Positions 8,201 to 16,115 of a DNA stretch of 16,623 nt are shown in pieces. This DNA is from Pseudomonadota bacterium (GTDB lineage: Bacteria; Bdellovibrionota_B; Oligoflexia; Oligoflexales; CAIYRB01). The stretch lies in contig JANOTL010000144.1 of assembly GCA_031416315.1 (NCBI GenBank), positions 1 through 16,623 of the forward strand. Reading direction: 5' to 3'. Below the pieces are notes generated by a model. It was not told the DNA's origin and made no database searches. It saw only the letters and a list, made by a program, of their open reading frames with translations. Position 1 is the stretch's first letter; every line of letters begins with the position of its first letter. A program made the position numbers and the translations under genes.

Positions 8201-8776
8201 ATGACGGTGATACGGAGGCCGCTCCGGCTTTCGGCCTTGCTCGGGAGCCTCAGGGCCGAGAGCAACTCATCGCGAGTCGCCGGGCTCGTGGTCACCGGTT
8301 TGCGCGCGGGCGGCGACGCGGTCGACGTGATCGATCCGCGGGCCCTGGCCCTAGCCGTTCCCGGCTTGCCGACCGCAGCGGCGCAGAACGCGCGTATCGA
8401 GGCGGATCTGCGCGCGCGCGTGACCCAGAGCGACGGCGTCCTTCTGGTGACGCCGGAGTACGACGGCAGCTTTTCGGCGGTCTTGAAGATCTTGATCGAG
8501 CATCTGGGCTATCCCTCCGTCCTGTGCGGAAAGCCCGTGGCGCTCTTGGGCGTAGCCTCGGGCACCATCGGCGCCGTGCGAGCGCTCGAGCATCTGCGCG
8601 GCATGTGCGTCGCGATCGGCGCCATCGTGATGCCGGAGGCGCATTCGGTCGCGGCGGCGCATCGGCACTTCGATGCGCAGGGCGTCTGCGTCGACGCGGG
8701 AACGACGGCGGAGGCGGCGCGGTTGGCAGCGCAATTCGCACTTTTCGTGAGGTTTTGTCGTGGCGAGCGGGGCTGA
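8201..8776 (+). CDS. NADPH-dependent FMN reductase (flavodoxin-like)
   Basis: GSLRAESNS phosphate-binding loop, TPEYDGSFSAVLK, GKPVALLGVASGTIGAVRA; GGAGG ribosome binding site; TGnTAACCT extended -10 candidate at 8171-8179. Confidence 0.92.
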   Translation: MTVIRRPLRLSALLGSLRAESNSSRVAGLVVTGLRAGGDAVDVIDPRALALAVPGLPTAAAQNARIEADLRARVTQSDGVLLVTPEYDGSFSAVLKILIEHLGYPSVLCGKPVALLGVASGTIGAVRALEHLRGMCVAIGAIVMPEAHSVAAAHRHFDAQGVCVDAGTTAEAARLAAQFALFVRFCRGERG

Positions 8777-9254
8777 GCGGCAGCTTCTGAGCTTGATTCT
8801 CGGCGCGCATCTGGTCGCGCTCCTCCTTGGCAGCGTGCCGTGGTCTCGCGGGCGGGCGGGCGCGATTCGGCTGGTCGAGCCTTACCTGGCGTTTTCGGGA
8901 CAAAAGACCCGCTTCTCTTCGCCGCCCACGCGTTGGGCTTATCGCGCGAGCGTGACCGTGCGCGGGACGGACGGCGGGGAGAAGACCGTGAGCGGCGGCA
9001 GGCTGCCGGAGCGCTTGCGACGGATTCTGGTCGAGGCGGCGCGTCAAGAGCGCTACGGCGAAGACCTCGAGCCGATCGTGCGTCACGTGGCCGCGCGCGC
9101 TTTTCCCGGTTACGCCGTCCGTGATTTCTTGGTGCGAGTCGAGCGGGCGCTGGTGCCGACCGGATCCTACCTGCCTTTGCGGCTCATCCGCGTCGGCGGG
9201 CCGAAGGGGATCGAGGTCGGCGAGCGCGACGGCTCCGCGGTGGTGACGCCATGA
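8760..9254 (+). CDS. Hypothetical membrane-anchored protein (possible SdpA/DUF5819-like partner of the HTTM protein)
   Basis: N-terminal hydrophobic helix containing H, then PYL..SGQ...FS.P; overlaps the upstream gene by 17 nt and the downstream gene by ATGA. Family assignment is inferred from context. Confidence 0.65.
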   Translation: MASGAERQLLSLILGAHLVALLLGSVPWSRGRAGAIRLVEPYLAFSGQKTRFSSPPTRWAYRASVTVRGTDGGEKTVSGGRLPERLRRILVEAARQERYGEDLEPIVRHVAARAFPGYAVRDFLVRVERALVPTGSYLPLRLIRVGGPKGIEVGERDGSAVVTP

Positions 9255-10081
9255 GCCTCGGGAACGCCGTGTTTTACGGCGAAATCGACGCGCGGCCCTT
9301 GCGTGCGCTGCGCGTCGGCTTCGGGATCGCGCTCCTGTTCTACCTCTGGCAGTGGCGGGACCTGAACGAGATCTTGTACGGGGCGATGCGGATGGGCGAG
9401 GCCGAGGGCGTCGGTCGACGCTTTCCTTCGATGTCCTTGTCGGTCATCTCGCCGTTTCACGAGCAGTCGGACGTCGGGGCCTGGTGGGCCGCGGGCTTGG
9501 TATTCGCGGCCGCGATGGTGCTCGGGATCGCGCCGCTGGTGTCCTCGCTGGGAGCGTTCTTGGTGGTGAATACGTTCGTGAACGTCGCGGCCCTGGCTCC
9601 CGGTTGGAACGAGACGGGCGACTACCTCCTGAGGGCGACGAGTTTTCCGATGCTGATTGCGGCGTGCACGGGGCAATTGGCTCCGGAGCGGCCGAACGTG
9701 CCCCGCTGGGGGCTCCTCTTCTTCCGCGCCTTGCTGGTGATCTTCGTGTGGTTCTTGGCGCTCGAGACGCTGAGCGCCAGCGCGTGGCGCGACGGGACCT
9801 TGCTTTGCCATCGCCTGGCCGATCACGAGACTCTGCGCGTCACTTGGGCGCTCGGCTGCGACGGAGCGCTCGCATGGGCGAGCCGCCTGGCGAGTTGGGG
9901 CGCGGTGGCGTTCGGTCTCGCATTGCCGCTGATCATTTGGACCAGGCGCTGGCGGCGGCCGGTGGTTTTGACCGGGGCCGTCATCGCGCTGGCGATCGGC
10001 TGGCTCGGGCGCTCGCCGATGGATGCGCTGATGCCTTGCGTCCTCTTCAGCGGTTTTTGGCGCTGGCGCGAGCGTGCGTGA
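9251..10081 (+). CDS. HTTM-domain-like polytopic membrane protein (SdpB / vitamin K-dependent carboxylase membrane domain-like), degenerate
   Basis: DARPLRALRVGFG N-terminus, GD.LLR, VPRW.L, WRDGT and P.IIW.R.WR are typical of HTTM proteins; multiple hydrophobic helices. Confidence 0.72.
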   Translation: MSLGNAVFYGEIDARPLRALRVGFGIALLFYLWQWRDLNEILYGAMRMGEAEGVGRRFPSMSLSVISPFHEQSDVGAWWAAGLVFAAAMVLGIAPLVSSLGAFLVVNTFVNVAALAPGWNETGDYLLRATSFPMLIAACTGQLAPERPNVPRWGLLFFRALLVIFVWFLALETLSASAWRDGTLLCHRLADHETLRVTWALGCDGALAWASRLASWGAVAFGLALPLIIWTRRWRRPVVLTGAVIALAIGWLGRSPMDALMPCVLFSGFWRWRERA

Positions 10082-10724
10082 GCTCACCTTCCCACGAGGG
10101 AATTTGCGCCACGATCCAGTTTGAGAGCAGCTCCTCGCGCGCTTCGTCGGTGAGCAGGAAACGCTCGGGCGGGAGTGCTTGGCGCGCCGCACGCGTCAGG
10201 TGCGCGAGCGTAATGGCGGCGGAGACCGAGATGTTCAGGCTTTCGACCATGCCGACCATCGGGATCGTGAACGGGTGGTCGACGTGCTCGAGCCAGCTCG
10301 GCTCGATGCCGGCGTGCTCGTTGCCGAAGACGACGGCAAGGGGCTCGTCGACCGGGATCTCGTAGAGGGATTTGGTATCTTGGCGCGGGACGGCGGCGAC
10401 GATGCGGTAGCCGCCGGCGCGCAGGTCCTTCACACAGTCTTCGACCGTGTGATGGCGGCGGATGGAGAGCCAGCCGGAGACGCCGCGCGCGACGGTCGAA
10501 GGGTTGAATTTCTCGCGGAGCGTGACGACGTCGCAAAGATCGACGCCGAAGGCGTCGGCGGAGCGAAGACAGGCGCTGACGTTGTGCGGCTGATGCACGT
10601 CCTGGACGACGAGACGGATCTGCCGCGTGCGGCCACGGGCGACCGCTTCCATCTTCTCGCGCCGGCTGTCGGTGAGGCGGCTTTTGAGGAGCTGCCAGGC
10701 GTCGGCAGGCGCCTTCGTGGTCAT
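10047..10724 (-). CDS. trmH: SpoU/TrmH family RNA methyltransferase, probably tRNA Gm18 2'-O-methyltransferase
   Basis: VVQDVHQPHNVSACLRSADAFG, VFGNEHAGI, IPMVGMVESLNISVSAA. Start at ATG 10724 (MTTKAP), ATGA-coupled to the upstream gene. Confidence 0.92.
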   Translation of the reverse strand: MTTKAPADAWQLLKSRLTDSRREKMEAVARGRTRQIRLVVQDVHQPHNVSACLRSADAFGVDLCDVVTLREKFNPSTVARGVSGWLSIRRHHTVEDCVKDLRAGGYRIVAAVPRQDTKSLYEIPVDEPLAVVFGNEHAGIEPSWLEHVDHPFTIPMVGMVESLNISVSAAITLAHLTRAARQALPPERFLLTDEAREELLSNWIVAQIPSWEGELTHARASAKNR

Positions 10725-11731
10725 TCGGCTGCGTCGTCCTGGTCGGAGTCGGCGAGGACGAGCGCGGCGGTCGAGGGAATCAAGGCCTTCTGCGCCGCGA
10801 CCGTCTCCGCGGCCAGCGCGGCCTCGGTGTCGTCCAAGTTTTCCTCCGCCTCGCCCGAGCCGGCTTCGCCGTCCATGTGGTCGGCACGCTGGGCGCCGCG
10901 GCCGGTCCGGGCGTCGTTGTCGTCGATGAGCTGCGCGCCGATGAGCTCGAGCGCGCGGCCGACGAGGGGGCCGATGTGCTCGGGCAGGCGCGTCTCGGGG
11001 CCAGCGTGCTCCTGGATGATCCAGCCCGAGAGCTTCTTGAGGGCGACTTCCCAGTTGCGGTTGCGCTCCTCCGTCATCTCGCGCAGGCCCTTCATGCTGG
11101 CGTAGAGGCGGTCGTACTGCGCGATCTTGCGCTTCACCTTGCGAATCTCGTTCGGGTCGACGGTGTTCATCAGCTTCGTGGCGTTGTCGACCTTCGCCTC
11201 CATCTCGCGGGCTTTGAGCAAGAGCTCGCGCTCGCGGAGCTTGCCGTCCTCTTTGGCGGCCAGGACGGCTTTGTCCTGGATATCCGCGGCGCGCACTAGG
11301 GTTTGGGCGAGCTGGTTGCGCTCTGCCAAGAGGCCGTCGCGACCTTCCTCGCTCTGGCGCAGTTGGTCCTGCGCTTTGAGGAGCTGCTTCTCTAGGAAAT
11401 TCTTCTGCAGCTCGAGCTTGTCCGTCGCGATCTTGCCTTCGGCATCCTTCGCCTCGTAGCGCTGCAGCAACTCGGCGCCTTTCTCGCGGGATTCGGCGAG
11501 CGCGCGCTCGAGACGGGCCTGCGACTCGCGGCCTTGCTTCACGCGTTCTTCGGTCTTGAGGAGCGCTTGCTCGAGCTGGGTCGAGCGGTTGCGCAGCTCC
11601 TCGAAGCGATTGGCGCCTTCGACGAGGAGCGCATAGAGGCCGGTAGCTTTGCGCCAAAAGTAGAGCGCCATGACGGCGCCGACGCCTCCGGCGATGGCGG
11701 TGAGCACCGTGGCGAGCTGTTGAGCGGCCAT
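10721..11731 (-). CDS. Hypothetical single-pass membrane protein with long coiled coil
   Basis: N-terminal hydrophobic helix, about 200 aa rich in E/K/Q/R/L heptads, acidic tail; translationally coupled to trmH. Confidence 0.88.
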   Translation of the reverse strand: MAAQQLATVLTAIAGGVGAVMALYFWRKATGLYALLVEGANRFEELRNRSTQLEQALLKTEERVKQGRESQARLERALAESREKGAELLQRYEAKDAEGKIATDKLELQKNFLEKQLLKAQDQLRQSEEGRDGLLAERNQLAQTLVRAADIQDKAVLAAKEDGKLRERELLLKAREMEAKVDNATKLMNTVDPNEIRKVKRKIAQYDRLYASMKGLREMTEERNRNWEVALKKLSGWIIQEHAGPETRLPEHIGPLVGRALELIGAQLIDDNDARTGRGAQRADHMDGEAGSGEAEENLDDTEAALAAETVAAQKALIPSTAALVLADSDQDDAAE

Positions 11732-11810
11732 AGAGCGACTCCTCTCACGATTAGCGAGGCATATGATCCATGATGGCGGGGAAGGGGGTGATGTGGCAAT
11801 TGGGGGCTGT

Positions 11811-11845
11811 GATTAAAATTTAATTAACAATATTAAAGTGTTAAT
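11811..11845. promoter_or_regulatory. AT-rich regulatory island between divergent genes
   Basis: GATTAAAATTTAATTAACAATATTAAAGTGTTAAT in a high-GC background; contains ATTAACA-N9-TGTTAAT and ATTAAA-A-TTTAAT dyads. Confidence 0.6.
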
Positions 11846-11911
11846 GCGGGCGCTTGGCTGCACGAGGGGCGCATGTCACGCTAATTTGGAATCTGCCGAA
11901 GGATCACCCGC

Positions 11912-13579
11912 ATGAACGATCGCGCACGACTTTCCGTGACCTTGGCGATCGTCGTCGTGACGGTGTCGTTGCTTTCGCTCGGGCTTGCCGCGTTTTCGTT
12001 GCTTGACGCTGAAGCCAGGCTACGGGGCCAAAAGTTGGCGGCGATCGACGCGGCTCTTTCGGAAGTGGGCGCCGACGCCGCGTTGCGCGTCGCGAGCAAC
12101 TTGCTGGGACCGCGGGCAGTGGTGCGGACGACGACGATCGAGGCGGGGGCAGCATCGGTCGACGAAGGCGCGCAATCTTGGTCTTACGACGCCAGTCTGC
12201 GTCGCCATGCCCGCCGCATTCCGATCGCTTTCGACGGCGCGCCGTTGCAGTTGGAGGTGCTTTGGAACGCGCGGTTCGGCATGGCTGCGGGAGAAGGGGT
12301 CATCGCGCTCGTCTTCGTGCAATCGCTCCTCTCCCTCGGCGCGGCCGTGATCGGTGTGACGGCGATGCTGCGCCGCCATCTGAAGCCTTTGGCTCGCGAT
12401 CTAGCCGTCGCGCAACGCGAGGCCGTGATCGCCCGCGGCGCGCAGTCGATCGCCCACGATTTGCGCAAGCCGTACGGTGTCGTCCGCGCGATGCTCGACG
12501 CGCTCCGGCGCGCGAAAGGGGAGCATGAGGCCGCAGCCGTTCTCCGTCGATTCGCGCCGGAGCTCGACCGCAATCTGCGAGCGACCGACGAGCTCGTGGC
12601 GGGGCTTCTCGAATACAGTCGATCGGCGCCGGCGCAGCCGAAAGTAACGGCACTTGAGCCCGTGGTGCTGGCGGCAGTTCGCGACTGCGTCCTTGGTCAA
12701 GGTCTAGCCGGGGTCGAGCTGCGCTTCGACTTTCGCCACGGGCGAGAAGTCTTTGTCGAGGAAGCCCGATTCGCGCGCGCCGTCGCCAACGTCGTCGGCA
12801 ACGCGCTGCAAGCGACGGGCGCCGGCGGCAGTTTGTGGCTGGAGACGCGTGAGGTCGCCTTGCGTGGTCGCATCTTCGTCGACCTCGTCATCGGCAACGG
12901 CGGCTCTTTCATCCCGGAAGCCGAGCTCTCGAACCTCTTCACGCCGTTCTACACGCGCGGGAAAAGGGGCGGAACGGGTCTCGGCCTCGCGATCGTCGAG
13001 AAAATCCTCGGTGATGCCGGCGGTGCGGTGCGCGTTCGCTCTGATCGCGAGCTTGGGACGGAGTTCGTCCTCACGGTGCCTACGGCCGAAGTTTTGGCGC
13101 AACACGAAGCGCACCTTCCGAAGTCTAGCGACTCGATCATCGGCGCGGCGCCTCGTCCGGAGCGAGCGACGGTTCCTGCCGTTGCCGGCAAAAGCGGCGC
13201 GCCTCTAGTCATCGTGCTGGACGATGATCCGTTCTTCTTGGACTTATGGTCCAAGGAGCTCGCCGAGGTCGAGGTGCTCACCTTCCTCCAGCCACGCGCC
13301 ATGCTAGAAGCTTTGCGCACCAACCCGCGAACTTTGGAGCGCTTGGCGCTCGTCGTCACCGATTACTTCTTCGATAACGAGCCGGAGACGACGGGTGATC
13401 ACGTCGCTACCGGTGTGGCGGCGATCTGTAAGGTCCCCGTGATGATCTGCTCGAACATTGCTAGTGAGCTGCCGCGTCGTCGAGAAGTCGTGGCCTACCT
13501 CGACAAGAAGCCGAGGCCCTGGCCCGAGCTTCGTGCGTTGATTTCGGTTGATGGGCGTGGTGCAAGCGCGACGGCTTGA
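11912..13579 (+). CDS. Hybrid sensor histidine kinase / receiver protein
   Basis: Two TM helices around a short sensor region; H-box IAHDLRKP, N-box NVVGNA, F-box LFTPFYT, G2 GTGLGL; C-terminal receiver (VLDDD, VTDY, CSN, DKKP); AAGGA ribosome binding site. Confidence 0.93.
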   Translation: MNDRARLSVTLAIVVVTVSLLSLGLAAFSLLDAEARLRGQKLAAIDAALSEVGADAALRVASNLLGPRAVVRTTTIEAGAASVDEGAQSWSYDASLRRHARRIPIAFDGAPLQLEVLWNARFGMAAGEGVIALVFVQSLLSLGAAVIGVTAMLRRHLKPLARDLAVAQREAVIARGAQSIAHDLRKPYGVVRAMLDALRRAKGEHEAAAVLRRFAPELDRNLRATDELVAGLLEYSRSAPAQPKVTALEPVVLAAVRDCVLGQGLAGVELRFDFRHGREVFVEEARFARAVANVVGNALQATGAGGSLWLETREVALRGRIFVDLVIGNGGSFIPEAELSNLFTPFYTRGKRGGTGLGLAIVEKILGDAGGAVRVRSDRELGTEFVLTVPTAEVLAQHEAHLPKSSDSIIGAAPRPERATVPAVAGKSGAPLVIVLDDDPFFLDLWSKELAEVEVLTFLQPRAMLEALRTNPRTLERLALVVTDYFFDNEPETTGDHVATGVAAICKVPVMICSNIASELPRRREVVAYLDKKPRPWPELRALISVDGRGASATA

Positions 13580-13580
13580 G

Positions 13581-15563
13581 TTAAACGCGCGTCAGAAGCA
13601 GCAAAGCCTTGTCGTCTTCAAGCGCCGAGGTACGGCCGCTGTCGACGGCGGCGCGAAAAAGGCCCTCAGCGTCGATTTCCAGCGCGCTCCGACCGTCAAA
13701 GCGTCGTTTGAAGCTCCTCAGGCCTTGGGACCCGTCGATCACTCCGTCGGTGTAGGTCAGAAGCCGCTCGCCCGTCTGCAGCTCCACGAACATCGACTCG
13801 AACGACGTCTCGCGTTCGCTGCCGATCAAAGAGTTGGTCACCCGCCTCACCTGGATTCCCTCGCGTGTGGCGTGGAGCCAGCCGACCGATCCCGCGCTGA
13901 GCAGCTCGACTTTCTGATGACGATCGGCGGGGACCGCGACGGCGGCGACGGTCGTGGTGACGTGACCCCCGAAGAGATCGAAAAGGACGTCGTTGACGCG
14001 GCCGATCCGGGACAGGAGGTCGAGGTTGTCGGATTGCGCGTCCTTCAAGGTCGCGACGATCGCGGCGACGGAGATTGCGGCTTGAGGTCCCTTGCCGACG
14101 ACGTCACCGATGAAGAGTTGCAAGGTTTGGTCGCTCGCTATGCAGCTCACCAGCCAGTCGCCCGACATTCCTTGCGACGGCTCGTAGAAAAACGCGTAGT
14201 CGATGCCGTTGCGCGTCTCGCGCATCGTCTTCGGGAGCAAGTGTTGTTGGACGGCCCGCCCGAGCTCCAGCCGCGACTCGAGCAAGGTGTTTTCGTCCTC
14301 CCCTTCGATGCGCCGCGCTTTTTCGTCGAAAAACTGGCGGTGGAAGGTGACGAGGTCGACCGCGAGAAACGTGGAGAAGGCCGTGACGAAGCCGACAACG
14401 AGGAAATTCTCGAACATGAACCCGTGGGTCGCCGAAAGGACGGCTTGAGCGGCGAAGGCGCCGCCGGCGAGGAGCGCCGTCACGGAGATGACCTTGACTC
14501 GAAGGCGGCGTGTGCCGCTCAGAGTTCTGGAGTGGCGCCAGCCCGCCCATCCGAGGCCCGCCGAGGCCATCGCGGCGAAGATCAGCGGCAGTCGAGCCGG
14601 CATCCATGCGAGGGCGAGAATGTCGCGGGGTACGAGGAGGTTTAACGCGGCGAGGAAGACGACCAGGATCGTAAACACCAGGCCAAGCGGGAGGCGTTTC
14701 GACTCGAAGCGCAGGAAGGCGGCGAGGAAGAAGCTCATGGCGAGTAAGGTCGACTGGCGCACGACCTGACCGACGGCAAGCGCTTGCGGGCCACGAAATC
14801 CATGCGGTGTGTAGTCGAGCCAGAACAAGAGTGCCAAGCTGGCGGATAAGACGACCATCCATTCGACGTCTCGGTAGCGAATCCCGAACAGCCAGCTGAC
14901 GCCGAAGACGATGAACGTCGCCAGGGCGAAGCCGACGTAGAGCATCGGCGCTTCGATGTTTCCGGACCAGTTCAAGTGCTCGACGCGCGCCAGGCTTCGG
15001 CGGTCTTTCGCGAAGAAAAACGGGGCGAGCGTCACGGGACCGACGCGGTCGGAGCGGTCGGAACGGCGCGCGACGATCTCCAGCAACGCGTCCTTGCGCT
15101 GCTCGGCAGGAGTCAAGGGAAAATGTGCGAAGCCGTCGTCGTTTTGCACGGACTTTGGGGTGCCGTCGACGAAGACGCTGACGACGCCGAAGACGCGACC
15201 CAGCGCCAGCCAGCCCCACGCATCCGAGGCAGAGCCGCTGAGGTCGACTCGGCAGCGAAGGAGGAGGAAGGCTTCGGGGTGCACTTCGGGGACGACTGTG
15301 TTGCGTCGAAAGGGCGCGAGGATCGGCGTCAGCGCCTTCGGCTTTTGGCGCAGCTCGGCCGCGGGCTCCCCGTTCCACGGCGCGATTGCGTAAGCGCAGT
15401 CGCTCCCCACTTCGCGCACGTCGGAAAATGCGGACTTCCAATCGAGATCGACGCGAGCGCGGTTCCACCACACCTGGGCGAAGACGGTGGCGCCGATGAG
15501 GATGGCGATGACGGTCAAAGCGTCCTGCGGGCGTCGCGGGCGTTCCGCAGTCATGCCGTCCAT
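13581..15563 (-). CDS. Membrane-bound PP2C/SpoIIE (RsbU-like) serine phosphatase with extracytoplasmic domain and 7 TM helices
   Basis: C-terminal motifs QQHLLP, SGDW, IGDVVGKG, YTDGV, EDDKALL; N-terminal anchor, soluble domain, then seven hydrophobic segments. Start is ATG 15563 or 15554. Confidence 0.92.
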   Translation of the reverse strand: MDGMTAERPRRPQDALTVIAILIGATVFAQVWWNRARVDLDWKSAFSDVREVGSDCAYAIAPWNGEPAAELRQKPKALTPILAPFRRNTVVPEVHPEAFLLLRCRVDLSGSASDAWGWLALGRVFGVVSVFVDGTPKSVQNDDGFAHFPLTPAEQRKDALLEIVARRSDRSDRVGPVTLAPFFFAKDRRSLARVEHLNWSGNIEAPMLYVGFALATFIVFGVSWLFGIRYRDVEWMVVLSASLALLFWLDYTPHGFRGPQALAVGQVVRQSTLLAMSFFLAAFLRFESKRLPLGLVFTILVVFLAALNLLVPRDILALAWMPARLPLIFAAMASAGLGWAGWRHSRTLSGTRRLRVKVISVTALLAGGAFAAQAVLSATHGFMFENFLVVGFVTAFSTFLAVDLVTFHRQFFDEKARRIEGEDENTLLESRLELGRAVQQHLLPKTMRETRNGIDYAFFYEPSQGMSGDWLVSCIASDQTLQLFIGDVVGKGPQAAISVAAIVATLKDAQSDNLDLLSRIGRVNDVLFDLFGGHVTTTVAAVAVPADRHQKVELLSAGSVGWLHATREGIQVRRVTNSLIGSERETSFESMFVELQTGERLLTYTDGVIDGSQGLRSFKRRFDGRSALEIDAEGLFRAAVDSGRTSALEDDKALLLLTRV

Positions 15564-15680
15564 CCCGTTGAAATTTCTATGTTTACCGGATTGCGACGGG
15601 TTTCACTCAAACCATGGGCGGGGGATTCCGATAGGTAAACACATCATTTTTGGTTTCCCGCACCCACTGGAGACGACTGC

Positions 15681-16115
15681 ATGCGCACGCTTCTCGGATC
15701 CTTTTCGGCCATCACTCTCACGGCTTCCATTATTGGCGTTGTTGCGTGCCAAGGCAATCCACCGAGCTCTTCTAGCCAGGTTGCATCGGTCGGAACGCCC
15801 GGAGGTTCCGCTTCCGCGACGGCGCCCGTCAAAGTCGAAAAGGCGGCTGGCGTGGTCGTCCAGATCCGCGGCGCGGACGGCAAGATCCTTTTCGCCAAGG
15901 TCGTCACCGGCGCCCTCATGCTCGACGCCGTCATCGAGGGCGACCAGGTCCGCTTCGTTCCTTCCGTCGTCGCGCATGACCCAACGCGTCCCGACGACTG
16001 CCAGGCCGGCCCTCCCAACTGTCCGCTTAAGTTGCCGGGCGGCATGTTGACGCCGGAGGAAAACGACTGTCAGGCGAATCCGGCGCATTGTCCGGCGGGG
16101 GCGAAGGCCGAGTGA
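15681..16115 (+). CDS. Hypothetical lipoprotein with two C-terminal DCQAxPxxCP repeats
   Basis: GGAG ribosome binding site, lipobox VVAC, Ser/Pro/Gly linker, short beta-rich core, repeats at 15996-16025 and 16065-16094. Confidence 0.85.
   Translation: MRTLLGSFSAITLTASIIGVVACQGNPPSSSSQVASVGTPGGSASATAPVKVEKAAGVVVQIRGADGKILFAKVVTGALMLDAVIEGDQVRFVPSVVAHDPTRPDDCQAGPPNCPLKLPGGMLTPEENDCQANPAHCPAGAKAE

Noticed and set aside
10725..11657. Apparent 310-aa N-terminal fusion to TrmH (536-aa ORF)
   Set aside because: It is the alternative frame of the coiled-coil gene; trmH starts at the ATGA overlap at 10724.
13548..15638. ORFs 13548-14645 (+), 14104-15471 (-) and 14976-15638 (+)
   Set aside because: Shadow or off-frame readings of the PP2C gene.
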